Shown here: piece by piece, positions 1 to 12,641 of the stretch | Position numbering within the stretch: position 1 is the first letter of the stretch | Layout of the letters: every line of letters begins with the position of its first letter | NCBI RefSeq assembly: GCF_001194135.2 | Contig: NC_068988.1 | Coordinates: 77,319,926-77,383,925 of the forward strand | Length of the DNA: 64,000 nucleotides | Source: Octopus bimaculoides | Taxonomy: Eukaryota | Reading direction: 5' to 3' | Notes under the pieces: model-generated | The model's database searches: none | The model's input: the letters and a program-made list of their open reading frames with translations, nothing else | Told to the model about the DNA's origin: nothing | Program-made: the position numbers and the translations under genes

Positions 1-793
1 AGTTCGCTTACAACTCCGTTATTAATTCTGACCGGGACAAAGCTGGGGGGATTTTCTTCCTCGACGCTCCTGCAGGAACTGGCAAAACTTTTGTCACAAA
101 ATTAATATTGGCTGAGATTAGGCGAACACAAGGCATTGCCTTAGCTGTGGCATCATCTGGAATTGCGGCTACTTTGTTGCCAGGCGGCAGGACAGCTCAC
201 TCCACTTTCAAGCTCCCGCTTGACTTAGCGAAGACGGACACACCAATTTGCAACATCAGTAACAGCTCAGATCAGGCAGAAGTGTTCAGACGATGCAAGC
301 TTATCGTTTGGGATGAATGTACAATGGCCCACAGAGGTGCTCTTGAGGCGCTACACAGATCTCTGAGAGACATCAAAGACTCTACAGTTTCCATGGGAGG
401 CATAGCACTTCTTCTTTCAGGGGACTTCAGGCAAACACTGCCAGTTATTCCCAAGGGGAATAGAGCTGATACAGTACGTGCGTGTCTTAAGTCATNNNNN
501 NNNNNGGAATAGAGCTGATACAGTACGTGCGTGTCTTAAGTCATCTGCATTGCTAAGACATTGTTACAATTGTGAGAACAATAAAACAGCTTTTTTAGGG
601 CCACTTCACATTCTATTGTTACCCACTTCTCAGAGTGCTACAATGCTCTAGGCAAGGCTTTCTGTCCAGTTGCAAATTGATTGGTTGGTTTTCAACTTAT
701 AGCAATCCTTCCCTCAATAATCATAATTGAGTAGAATCATCAACAGTACTTTAAAACAATTAAGCCCCGAGCAACGCCGGGCACTTCTGCTAA
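1..793 (+). mobile_element. Helitron 3' portion (helicase fragment plus 3' terminus)
   Basis: PIF1-type helicase fragment followed by the Helitron 3' signature: imperfect hairpin CCCGA-GCAACG-CCGGG (766-781), then CTRR (CTAA, 790-793) followed by T. Confidence 0.85.
3..545 (+). pseudogene. Helitron PIF1-like SF1 helicase fragment
   Basis: The frame of ORF 108..512 extends upstream to IFFLDAPAGTGKTF (Walker A). It also has ASSGIAATLLPGGRTAHSTFKLP, IVWDECTM (Walker B) and LLSGDFRQTLPV. Homology stops near 545. Confidence 0.9.
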
Positions 794-1107
794 TAGTTTA
801 TAAAACACGAAGTATTGACTTCCAACATTTCAACTGTCTGGGAAATTAGAAGTTTCTAAAATTTTAGTCAAATAAAATGAATATTCAACTTTATGTAAAT
901 TTCACTATTTTTTTTTTACCTAAAACCAGAAAACGAAAATCTCTTATGTATTTACTGAAATTGATTTTATTTGCATATGAAATTTTACATAGATTTTGTA
1001 TTATTCAACACTATGAGGTGTTTTGAAAATTGTGGAATTAACTGACTTATGCAATCAGTTGGATTATATATATTTCATCTGTCTGTCATTCTACCTGCCA
1101 GCCTGCA

Positions 1108-1108
<1 letters not shown>

Positions 1109-1166
<58 letters not shown>

Positions 1167-1197
1167 GTCTGTCTGTTTCTCTCTCTCTCTCTCTCTC

Positions 1198-1228
<31 letters not shown>
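1109..1228. repeat. Compound microsatellite (TGTC)n(CT)n(TA)n
   Basis: Read directly. Confidence 0.95.
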
Positions 1229-1229
1229 A

Positions 1230-1745
1230 CATCATCATCATCATTATCGTCATCATTTAATGTCCGTTTTCCATGCTGGCATGGGTTGTATGGTTTGATT
1301 GGTCTGGAAAGCCAGCGGCTGCACTCGGCTCCAATCTGATCTGGCAATGTTTCTACAGCTAGATACCCTTCCTAACACCAACCACCCCAGGAGTGTAGTG
1401 GATGCTTTTTGCATACCACCGACACAGTAGCCAGTCAGGCGGGCCTGGCATCAATCATGTTTGGATTGTGATTTTTATGTGTCACCAGCATGGGTGTCAG
1501 TCAGGGGGTACTGGCATTGGGCACGTTCAGATAGTGCTTTTTACATGTCACTGGCACAGGAGCCAGTCAGGCGGACCTGGCATTGACCATATTTGGATGG
1601 TACTTTTTATGCGCTACTGGCACGGGAGCCAGTCAGGGGGCACTGGCCACAGCTATGATATTGGTTTTACTTGACTGAACAGGTCTTCTTAAGCATATCA
1701 CATCACCCAATGCATCAGGGGTATTCTTAACTGGGCCGGACAGTT
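1230..1745 (-). mobile_element. 3' end of RTE-X-like LINE, with a 66-bp internal tandem repeat x4
   Basis: Reverse complement of the ...CCATGCCAGCATGGAAAACGGACATTAAATGATGAT tail that follows the RT ORF in the copy at 58380-59592. Units start at 1431, 1497, 1563 and 1629. Confidence 0.8.
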
Positions 1746-1747
1746 AC

Positions 1748-2890
1748 AAATACAGAGGTATCAAATTGCTAGACCAAGTCATGAAAGTTACTGAGAGGGT
1801 TGTAGCTCAGTTGATTAGAAACAGAATTTAACTAAATGAGATGCAGTTTGGTTTTGTACCTGGGAAGAGTACCACAGATGTCATCTTCCTAGTGACACAG
1901 CTGCAAGAAAAGTACTTGGCCAAAAGCAAGCCATTGTACTTAGCTTTCGTTGACCTGGAGAAAGCTTTCAACAGCATTCCCCGCTCTGTTATATGGTGGT
2001 CTGTAAGGAAGTGAGGAGTAGAGTAGTAGTTTGTTAGAGCTGTACAAGCCATGTACAGTGGTGCTGTTAGTAAGGTCAGTGATGAATTTAGCATACACGG
2101 AGGGGTTCACCAGGGCTCAGTTCTCAGCCCACTCTTATCCATTATAGTCCGCCATGCCATAACAGAGGAATTCAAAATTGGATGCCCGTGGGAACTGCTA
2201 TATGCTGATGACCTCGCTCTTATTGAAGAATCTTTAGCAGAATTGGAGAAGAAATTCCAGGTATGGAAACAAACCTGGAATCAAAGGGCCTTATAACATT
2301 AACCTTGCTAAGACCAAAGTTGTTGTTAGTAAGAAAGAAGATAAAAGTCTTTTTCCATCAGGTAAATGGCCCTGTTCAGTATGTAGGAAAGGAGTTGGAA
2401 GAAATTCCATTCACTGCACCCAGTGTAAACTATGGATACATGAGAGGTGCAGTGGAATCACAGGTAGATTAACAGATAAAGTCATCTTCGTATGTGAGAG
2501 ATGTGCAGGAACAATAAGCACAAAGAGCACACTGGACTTAGATTCTCTCAAATGCTTAGGAGGCTCTCTTCAGTTTGTAGATAGTTTCTGTTACCTAGAT
2601 GACCAAATTAGCAATGGTGGAGGATGTTCTGAAAGGAATAAGAAAATGTTCCTCCCTTTTCTTATTCTAGTATTAAAAAAAAGGGAGGAAGAAGTTCAGC
2701 GAGCTATTACCTCTGTCAACAACAAAAGGACTCTCTCTCAGAGTAAAAAGTAGACTATATGATGCTTGTGTGTGAACAGCTATACTCCATGGTAGTGAGA
2801 CATGGGCTGTAAATGCAGAAGACTAGAGAATAATGAAGGTAGTATACTCCATTGGATGTGCAACATCAGTGTGCATGTACGACAAAGTGC
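1748..2890 (+). pseudogene. RTE-X-like reverse transcriptase fragment containing a PHD finger
   Basis: YRGIKLLDQVMKV, MQFGFVPGKSTTD, LYLAFVDLEKAF, GVHQGSVLSPLL, WELLYADDLAL, NLAKTKV, a C4HC3 finger, SFCYL and LHGSETW, with stops and frameshifts. Confidence 0.9.
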
Positions 2891-3269
2891 AAATGTACCA
2901 CTGTATCGTTGCTCTTCACTAGCTTCAGGCCTGTGTGCTCCACCCACACCCTGTTTCATTGTATCATTGCCTGTGCCTGGCACTTTCCCACCATCTCTAG
3001 CCTGCTGTCTTTCTTTCTCTCTCTCTCCTTCTCCTGCACTTCCTGCAGGTTGGATAACCCTGTATTTCCTTTGCAGCAGCACATCTGTTTCTGTCTTCAT
3101 TCTTGATCCCTCTCTCTCTCTCTCTCTCTCTCCAGCTGGGTAACCTTGTACCTCCTCTACAGCAGGACACCTGGTTCTGTCTCTCTGTCTCACTATAACC
3201 TTTCATCATCCGACACAAGATCTCCTCCTCCAATGCCCCTCCCCCTCTCAAAAATGTTTTTTCTGTCTT

Positions 3270-3610
3270 GCATGTACTTGGTGACCCTGTCAGTGCAGGG
3301 GCCACTTAAAAGCACCCAGTCCACACTGTAAAGTGGTTGGTGTTTGGAAGAGCATCCAGCTGTAAAAACCTTGCCAAAACTGACCTCACCTGTGCTTGTG
3401 CCACATAAAAAGCAGTAAGTCCACTCTGCTGAGTGATTGGTGTTAAGAAGGGTATCCAGCTGTAAAATTCCTGCCAAAATAGTCACAGAAGTCTGGTGCA
3501 AGTATCTACCTGGCTGGCTCTTGTCAAACCATCCTACCCGTGCCAGCATGGACGTTAAATGATGATTATCGTGATGATGATGATGATGATGGTGATGATA
3601 TTGATGATGA
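3270..3610 (+). mobile_element. RTE-X-like 3' UTR fragment with (GAT)n tail
   Basis: GGAAGAGCATCCAGCTGT...GCCAGCATGGACGTTAAATGATGAT, shared with the other copies. Confidence 0.75.
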
Positions 3611-4019
3611 GGGAATCTGTCATATATGTCATTACAGAAGCTACACACATAATAGAAGATAAACCTAGAAAACTAGAATGGAACACTAGCATACACCCTC
3701 AACACACCACAATCTATGACAGAATAAGATCCCCATAAACTTATAATAATATGAATATAAAACAATACACAGATAAATAAATGGAATTAAATACTATATA
3801 CATAAACAAAATAAATTAAATTACATTAAAATAATACAAAAGAAAGAAAGAAAAGAAGAAGTAAGTAGATATAAACAAATGAATAAAATAAATATAAAGT
3901 AAATTAAATGAACGTGTATAAACAGGGGATACTGATAATGCAGGCACATTCCCCCCACACACACTTACTAAACATAGACACAGGGATATATGCATGTGCA
4001 AATAAAGACACATACAATA

Positions 4020-4260
4020 GGAATACAAAATGGCAGAGTGTTAGTAAGGAGAGACGCACAAAAAAGAAAGAAGAAAGCAAAGGATCACTGATGAGGTCAC
4101 AGAAGTATGATGAAAAAACTCTGGCCAAAATACAATTAATATAAAATAAAGCTGAAGCAAGTGAACCCCAAATATATAGTGCATATGTTTTCATTAGCTT
4201 ACTTGGCAACATGACCACGCCTAGTTTAGAATAGAGACAGCTGATGAAGGAATAATTCCA
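4020..4260 (+). mobile_element. Diverged single copy of the family that forms the 51.0-51.5 kb palindrome (probably PLE-terminal)
   Basis: AAGGATCACTGATGAGGTCACAGAAGT...CTCTGGCC...TAAAGCTGAAGCAA...GGCAACATGACCA is collinear with 51270-51465. Confidence 0.65.
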
Positions 4261-5403
4261 CAAGTGGCTATTTGTTTTCCTATGTGTTTGTTCCGTTGTC
4301 TGTAGTTCATTTTTCTAATGTCCTGTACCCGAATATGCATCTATATACACATGTACATGTAAGTATGTACATGTAAGTATGTACATATATGTGTGTATAC
4401 AGGCTTATATATCCTTTGTATTATATATATATATATATNNNNNNNNNNNNNNNNNNNNNNNNNNNNNNNNNNNNNNNNNNNNNNNNNNNNNNNNNNNNNN
4501 NNNNNNNNNNNNNNNNNNNNNNNNNNNNNNNNNNNNNNNNNNNNNNNNNNNNNNNNNNNNNNNNNNNNNNNNNNNNTTATATATATTGATAATAAGGAGA
4601 ATGAAGAATTTGAACATTCAAACTTGATGTTTATTTCCATTTAGCTTTTTCATAATAATTGCCCGACATGTGTTTCAATCACACTAACTGCATATTGTTG
4701 CATATCTATATGCATATCTATATGCATTATTAAAACAATCTCTTTGGGGAATATAGGTATGAAGAGGAATTTTCCCCCAATATTAATTTGAATTAGTCTT
4801 GGTAGTAGTAGTGAACCAAGACATCCCTCAATGAGGTGTTTTTCTCAACTGATTGTTTGGGTAAAATTCAGGAGCAGTATTTGTTGAAGTTGGCAAATGT
4901 TCTTGGCTAGTTGGGGAGTGGTTATTTACAGAATACTTATTTTTGATTAATTCTACATAGTTTATAGTGACAGGGCATTTTGATGGATTTCAGAGTTGAC
5001 TATATTATTCGAATTTTTGTGAAGGTTATTAATAGTATATTAAAAGAAGTCAGTTGCATTTAAAATTTTTCTAACATAACTTATTATTATTATTGTTTTA
5101 AAGTGTTTTTAGGCTATATTATATATAATCTTACAAACTGAATTCTATTCTTATATTATTTATCATTATAGTTATTATAGTTATGTTTAGAGAAAAAAGT
5201 TTATTGAAATTATATAAATTAATGCGTTTTATTGTTTAATTTTTTTTAAAAAGCAAACATTGTTTGTGTAAGCAATTAAAAATTCCTTCTTGTCTAGTGT
5301 TAACTAATTTATTTTTCTAAGTAAATATTTGGTATAATTCCTCCAGGCATAAATTGCATCTTTTATCTCCTATTTTATAAGGTTTCGCAGTACTAATAAT
5401 TTC

Positions 5404-6317
5404 TCATTTTAATGAATATTTAATATTTCCATTGTCTTGAAACGAAAGGTGGTCGTTTTCTTGTAGCACTGTCTTAAGCCACTCAAGCTGCTCACAGTAA
5501 GTCTTCTTTGTTATCGTTTGGTTTGGGTTTAAAAGTTCAAAGTGGATTAAACATTTCATATACCACCAAACAGATAACAACACCTTACGTGGGAGAAGAC
5601 TTTCTTTAGCCTGGGATGCCGGTGTTTCTCCTTTCCCTACCCACTGTCTTTGGTGCTTGATATGTTTATAGAGAACCGATTTCTTATCACCAGTCACTAT
5701 TCGGTCCAAAGAAAATTAATTCATGAGATGTGACAGCAAAGAAGAGCACACATTCACTCTCTGCATACGATTAGACATGAAAAGTTTGTGATGAACCTAT
5801 TGACTCAATTTGCTGACTTTTCTGATGGCACACAGGTATCGATGAAGGGTTGAATGACCAAATCCAAGATTCTCTGCTAGTTCTTCAACAGTTACGATGA
5901 GATTTTACTTCACTAGGGTTTGCAGGACATACTCGTTAAGCTCTACAGATCTCCCAGGACAAGGCTTGTCTTCTAGGCTGTAGTTTTCTGCTCAGAATTT
6001 CTGGAACTACTGTTGACACTGGCTTATTGTCCAATCCCCGTATACTGCATTAATATTCCTCACACTTTCCATTGCATTGTTGCCTTAATTGAATTCATAA
6101 TATGCTGAATACGCTCCTTTGCCACTTCCATTATAGTTTTGAAAAAATAACTGTTAAAATCGAACTGCACTCTTCAAAATTTGCACTAAGAATAATGACA
6201 AGGTAAAATTACTACCTGCTTTTATACCAAGTTGATGCGGTAGTTTATCTTGTCTCCCTCCGACTTTTAGTTCATGCAATTGAAAAAAAATCACATTATT
6301 TATGGGATGACCCAATA
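5404..6317 (-). mobile_element. mariner transposon, 3'-truncated and degenerate
   Basis: ATG at 6131 (MEVAKERIQHIM). Motifs SLEDKPCPGR, a WVPHEL-like remnant, DRIVTGDKK and KVLLSVWW. TIR TTGGGTCATCCCATAAATAATG with a TA at 6316-6317. Confidence 0.9.
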
Positions 6318-6327
6318 TAAATATATA

Positions 6328-6450
6328 GGAAGGGCATCCAGCTGTAGAAACTCTGCCAAATTTAGATTGGAGCCTGGTGTTGCCATCCGGTTTCACCAGT
6401 CCTCAGTCAAGTCGTCCAACCCATGCTAGCATGGAAAGCGGACGTTAAAC

Positions 6451-6486
<36 letters not shown>

Positions 6487-6487
6487 A
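6328..6487 (+). mobile_element. RTE-X-like 3' tail fragment
   Basis: GGAAGGGCATCCAGCTGTAGAAACTCTGCC...GCGGACGTTAAAC(GAT)n. Confidence 0.85.
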
Positions 6488-7165
6488 TATATATATATAT
6501 AATTTTACATCCACTTTCAATTCTGATATGCATTAAACAGTGTGAAGATGGTCTGACTTAGTTCTTATTTTAGGTTACTGTCCTATAGAGGACCATATCT
6601 CACTAATAATTTCCAATTTTGGCATTGTTTCTTCATTAACATCAATCAAATTACAGAATGTATTGGGTGCATTGTATGAATATGCCAGCACTAGAAGTTT
6701 TGTTGTATTCCTCACAAAATCTTTTTATATTGTATCCATTCATTCAAGGTTAATGTGAGTAACAAGGTGAAGACAAGACAAAATAAGTTTGACTGTGATG
6801 CAGAAACATAGTTATAAGGAAAGGAGAAATGGGAGAAAGGCAATGATAGCTACATGCAAGTTGTTAGAAAGGAAATCGAATAGAAGTAGTATAAATCACA
6901 TGATGAGACTGCAGTAAATGTGGATAATGGTAAAGAATGGTGCATGATAGGTAACACTGGGGATGGTTAAGACAGAGAGTGATAGATTTCAATGCAGAGT
7001 TTCATGGGGTAGAGAGAGAGAGAGAATGTGTGCATAAGGGATAGCAGCGGAGTTGTACACATGATGACATCCTTCCTAATACTGGCATCTCATGTAGATT
7101 AATTCCAGTTCAAATTTATTGAACTACAACTGACACATGTATGTATGTATGCATACATGTATGTA

Positions 7166-7368
7166 GGGGGAATTCACAAAAAAACAAAAACAAAAGATGA
7201 AAACAAGTGGTGTAGACAACAAACAGATGTATTAGTTTAATGCTCGGGAAGTGAAAATGTCTTTAACGTTTCGATCCTATGCTCTTCCACAGAAAGGAAT
7301 ATAGAAAGAAACAAGGAGAGAAATCAAAGAATGTGTAGTGGCTAGCGATTTATTATAGCGAATGCTGG
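7166..7368 (-). mobile_element. Short non-coding element carrying a degenerate minimal hammerhead motif (7259-7297)
   Basis: Minus strand CUUU-CUGUGGAA-GAGC AUAG GAUC-GAAAC-GUU-AAAG. Same layout as the element at 61545-61786. Confidence 0.6.
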
Positions 7369-7883
7369 ACAGAGGGGTCACACAGGAGAGCTAGGAAGAA
7401 GGAGAGTTAATAAAGTAGTGGTGATCTCAAAATGAAGGTGCGCATGCATGTGTATAAGAGAGCTGTGTGAAAATATATGATCGTGTGCATATGGCTGTGT
7501 AGCCAAGATAGTTATGCCATGAAAGCAAAGGCTTGGCAGAACAACGGCCTTTGTTCAAGACATGAATTGCAACAGCTGAATTCTAAAAGTCCTGAAAAAA
7601 CCAATGCCTTTATACCTGTCTGTCTAACTATGCATGCCTGCCCATGACAGTGTATAAGTGCGTGCATATGCATGTGTTAATGCTTGTATATATATGTATA
7701 GAGAGTTGACATACTGACAGTATTTTTTCTATAATAATTTTATTTGCAGACAAAAAGTGTTGTATAATTTCTATCTTTATTTTTATAATTTGTTTAAATT
7801 TGTCTGTCTGTTAGTCAATCTATCTGCCTATCTGTAACCAGGTTTGCTATCATTATAAATATGCTGTATATATATTTGTGTAT

Positions 7884-7914
<31 letters not shown>

Positions 7915-8431
7915 NNNNNNNNNNNNNNNNNNNNNNNNNNNNNNNNNNNNNNNNNNNNNNNNNNNNNNNNNNNNNNNNNNNNNNNNNNNNNNNNNNNNNN
8001 NNNNNNNNNNNNNNNNNNNNNNNNNNNNNNNNNNNNNNNNNNNNNNNNNNNNNNNNNNNNNNNNNNNNNNNNNNNNNNNNNNNNNNNNNNNNNNNNNNNN
8101 NNNNNNNNNNNNNNNNNNNNNNNNNNNNNNNNNNNNNNNNNNNNNNNNNNNNNNNNNNNNNNNNNNNNNNNNNNNNNNNNNNNNNNNNNNNNNNNNNNNN
8201 NNNNNNNNNNNNNNNNNNNNNNNNNNNNNNNNNNNNNNNNNNNNNNNNNNNNNNNNNNNNNNNNNNNNNNNNNNNNNNNNNNNNNNNNNNNNNNNNNNNN
8301 NNNNNNNNNNNNNNNNNNNNNNNNNNNNNNNNNNNNNNNNNNNNNNNNNNNNNNNNNNNNNNNNNNNNNNNNNNNNNNNNNNNNNNNNNNNNNNNNNNNN
8401 NNNNNNNNNNNNNNNNNNNNNNNNNNNNNNN

Positions 8432-8477
<46 letters not shown>

Positions 8478-9554
8478 ACAAAATGAGATAAAAAATCACA
8501 ATATTTCTTTCTGTAATAGCTTCACTCACAGACAAAAATAGTATTTGTGTTACTGTAGAATTTCTACCTTTTGTTTTTATAATTTGCTTAAATTTATTCC
8601 ATTTTATCTCATATTATATTGCAATATATTTTACAGCCATCATGCATTTGACATTCAACACTGCATTTTATTTGCAAATGGCTGAAGGAAAATAAAGATT
8701 TTGCCTTTATGCTCCGATAAAGGAAAGACAGAAACCAAAATACAAAACAAGAAAATCTAGAATTGGTTGCATTTAATGGAAGACCTATGCTGGAATCATT
8801 CCAGATGATTCCATCATTTGATGGGCTTTTGATTTCTATTGGCTAACTTAGCCATTAGACATTAGACATTAACCCTTTTAAACATTATTCTCGTTATTTT
8901 GTCTTTGGTGTTTAATGACAAGATGTGTGTGTTTGTTGGAGGGAAAAAAAGACATGAAAGTTAGAGCTAACAATCAAGCAAAACCTATAAAGCAAAACAA
9001 GATAAACCTCTAAATGAAATCAATGACAAAAAACAAATATATGGAGAGTGCCAAGAAGAAGTTGGTAAATTCTATATATAAAGGGATGGTTTTCAAAATT
9101 ATAGTATTGGTGCATTTGAAGTCTATTGGAGATTACATTAAATGCTTCACTGCTGGATACTGCTGCCAGTTAATTATCCTGGTATTTTCTTTGGAAATCT
9201 TTAGAAACATACTGCACCATGAAAAGAGATTCTGTTTCTGTTTTCTGACATATGGTGGTGTATACTGAAAGAGGAGAACTGACATAGTATGTTTATTGTC
9301 ATATATAGTCTAACAATAGGTGTGTTTAAATAGAATTATGAGTATCTCTCCATACAGACACACACACACACATATGTACAAACACATATACCTGTATATA
9401 TACATACATATGAATGCACTCACACACATATCGCTGGTAGTGGGGATAGTCACTGTTACCTCTAGCGGTTGAGCATCCATCATTGACAAGACCAAGGAAG
9501 GTTGAAATCATGTGATCTGGTGGTCTCAGGGCTGAAGGTGCCAGGGATTTAACT

Positions 9555-9625
9555 CCATGCTAGCTGAAGGCGGTGCTCCAGCATGGCCGCAGTCAATTGA
9601 CTGAAACAAGTAAAAGAGTACATAA
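9555..9625 (+). mobile_element. SINE 3'-end fragment
   Basis: GGCGGTGCTCCAGCATGGCCGCAGTCAATTGACTGAAACAAGTAAAAGAGTA matches the 3' end of the SINE at 57900-58316. Confidence 0.75.
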
Positions 9626-10218
9626 AGAAGAGTGAATTTTGCACCAAAAAAGCAATATGAGAGTTCCTCTCATGGTCTCTACTGCAATATTTTTTTTTTA
9701 CAGAAAATCTATGTTTAAGTGGAGTTAAATATTACCTCTTGTATTAATATTGCCATTGTCACTAATAAATACATACATATATAGGGTGTGGTGAATATAT
9801 TATGCAAAAATGTCTTAATTATGCATGCAAAAAAGGAAATAATGACATCTCATATTAATAGATATATTTACCAAAATTGCATAGAAATATCTTGAAATAT
9901 TAAAGAATAAATTTATTCAATAAAATTGCCATTGGCTTCAACCATGGCCTCCAGGTCAAAATTTCTGGCAGAATGAATTGCACCATGGTGCTGTTTTTCT
10001 CACAGATGGTACCCAACTGAGCCTACTATACTAAACAAACAATGCACATGTACAACATTAAAAATATAAGATGGCGACAATTCACCCATCAGCCCCTGTA
10101 TATATACACACACACATACACACTGTGTTCTTTGCTACATTGGTTTCTATTAACCCATTTATTCTATCCGAAGAATTTTTATTCATTAAGATAGAAGAAA
10201 TACATATAATTAAATATA

Positions 10219-10252
<34 letters not shown>

Positions 10253-10257
10253 AATCA

Positions 10258-11016
10258 TCATCATCATCGTTTAACGTCCTCTTTCCATGCTAGCATGGGT
10301 TAGACGATTTGACTGAAGACTGGTGAACCGGATGGCTGCACCAGGCTCCAATCTGATCTGGCAGAGTTTCTACAGCTGGATGCCCTTCCTAACGCCAACC
10401 ACTCCGAGAGTGTAGTGGGTGCTTTTACATGCCACTGGCACATGAGCCAGTCAAGAGGTACTGCCAATGGCCATGCTCAAAATGGTGTTTTTTACGTGCC
10501 ACCTGCACAGTAGCCATTCCAGTGGCACTGGCAACAACCTCGCTCAGATGATTTTCTAACCTGCCACCGTCACAAGTGCCAGTAACGATCATGCTCAAAT
10601 GGTGCTATCTACGTGCCACTGGCACAGAAGCCAGACTGCTGCTCTGGCAATGATCATGCTTGGACAGTGCTCTTAGCGCTCCACTGGCACAGGTGCCAGT
10701 CATCAAACTTGGTTCAATCACGATTTCGATTTCACTTGCCCCAACAGGTCTTCGCAAGCCGAGTTTAGTGTCCAATGAAGGAGAGGTTGGCATGGGTGCC
10801 AGCTGTCGAATTTGGATCAATTTCATTTGCCTCAACAGGTCGTCGCAAACAGAGTTTAGTGTCCAATGAAGGAAAGGTATGCATAAGCAGGCTGGCTACA
10901 CTCCTGGCAGAGGCCTCGGATTATGGTCTCACTTGGCTTGCCAGGTCTTCTCATGCACTGCATATTTCCAAAGGTCTCGGTCACTAGTCATTGCCTCGGT
11001 GAGGCCCAATGTTCGA
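10258..11016 (-). mobile_element. RTE-X-like LINE 3' end (ORF C-terminus, 3' UTR and tail)
   Basis: The minus strand reads ..RTLGLTEAMTSDRDLWKYAVHEKTWQAK*, then the family 3' UTR and a (GAT)n tail at about 10258. Confidence 0.85.
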
Positions 11017-11414
11017 AATGAAATTTCTGTAAATTTTCTGTATCTTTGTGCAGCTGAAGATTGCTCTGCATTTTACATTTAATGTAATGCTCATACTGCT
11101 TAAATAAATGGAGTCGCAGGAAACGATCATACTGCATTAACCTTGAATATCCTTGTCGCTTATTTTGATTTTAAACACCTTATTTTCGAATTGTTTGGAT
11201 AATACCATACTTAATTCTGGTGCCTAAACTTAAGTACCATATTCACCTGAATCTATCTATCTATCTATATATATATATATCCATATACACATATACTTTG
11301 AAATGCATGTNNNNNNNNNNNNNNNNNNNNNNNNNNNNNNNNNNNNNTATATATATATATATCATCATCATCATCATCATCGTTAAACGATGATGATGAT
11401 GATGATGATATATA

Positions 11415-11627
11415 TACTCTTTACTTGTTTCAGTCATTTGACTGCAGCCATGCTGGAGCACCACCTTTAGTCGAAGAAATCAACCCCAGCACTTATTCTT
11501 TGTAAGCCTAGTACTTATTCTATCAGTCTCTTTTGCTGAACCACTAGGTTATGGGGATGCAAACACACCAGCATTGGTTGTCAAGCAATGCTGGGGGACA
11601 AACACAGACACACAAACACACACATAC
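11415..11627 (-). mobile_element. CORE-like SINE, 3' half
   Basis: Reverse complement of 58100-58316. Confidence 0.85.
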
Positions 11628-11629
11628 AT

Positions 11630-12641
11630 TTTCAAAGGCATGAAACTAATGGGCAAAAACAGAAATAGTAACTTATGAGATGTTCCAGACTGCTTATGAG
11701 TTAATTTGTATGAGCAAGCATCTGTTTTTCACAGGTACAAGGGATTCAAGGATGGTAGAGAGGAGGCATGAGATGATGAGAGGATGGGAGGAAGAAGAAC
11801 ATCAGAATATCAGAGCTGGTTAAGAAAATTTACAATTTTCTGGATGAAATTCTGTCATGTGTCTGTAGAGACAAAAAGCATCCAGCTTGGATTTTATGTT
11901 GTGCAAAATTTGTTCCTAGACTGCTCAGCAGCAAACAGAAGGAAATATGCATTAGTGACAACCAGGAGATGGTCTAGCTCGTTTGCTCTAATCCAATAGC
12001 CTCTGGTAACCTGTGACAAAAGCTGTATCCACAGTTATGATCCAGAGACCAATGGAGGTATCCTGGCTCACCCAGACCCAAGAATGCCAGGCAAAGCTAG
12101 TCTATTGGGAAGCTTATGATGATCCCTTTTTCAGCAGCAAAAGCTTATCTACATTCATTGGGTTCCCTCCGGCTACACAGTCATCAAAGTACTTTGTTGA
12201 GGTTTTGAGGGTGTTTAGGAAAAGGTTTCATTGCAAAAAGCTAGACCTCTTTTATACAGCTCAGTGGCACCTGCATCAGGACAATATGCTAGTTCACAAT
12301 TCCATCCTGGTAACTAACTACTTGACAAAGATGGAATCAGAACTATCTTTCACCCTCTCTGCAGTCCAGAACTTGCTCCCTGTGACTTCTGGTCTTTTTC
12401 CAAACTGAAGGAGAACCGCAAGAGCAGCCTAAAGATATTGAGAAGATGAAAGAGGCTGTGATGAGGGTCCTGGATACCTTCACTTTGGAGGACTTCCATG
12501 GGAGCCTTCATGAAGTGATTGGCAAGCTAAAAATGCATTGAAGTCAGAGGCTTCTACTTTGAAGGAGGTTAGAGTTTTATATGTCCTTAAAATTAATGTT
12601 TCTCCTGAAAATATCTCCAAACTTCTGGAATTCACCTTGTA
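11630..12641 (+). mobile_element. mariner transposon, degenerate, 3' TIR retained
   Basis: KFVPRLLS, LVTCDKSCIHSYDPET, WHLHQDN and HPLCSPELAPCDF (YSPDLAPxDF motif). Ends AAACTTCTGGAATTCACCTTG-TA at 12641. Confidence 0.85.

Noticed and set aside
457-544. Direct repeat of about 39 bp (GGAATAGAGCTG...AAGTCAT) either side of a short N gap
   Set aside because: Typical overlap left unmerged at a scaffold gap; not biological.
4238-4270. CUGAUGA-AGGAAU-A-AUUCC as a hammerhead
   Set aside because: No GAAA box follows stem II.
4655-4750. Minus-strand GAAAC-ACAU-GUC with a possible degenerate first box (CCAAAGA)
   Set aside because: Too degenerate to call. It may be a PLE terminal remnant, but it is not supported as a ribozyme.
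6570-9266. Further candidate exons (6570-6730 minus, 9215-9266 minus; also 52246-52340 plus and 52994-53070 plus)
   Set aside because: Splice-like signals or short open frames only, with no recognisable product or consistent phase chain.
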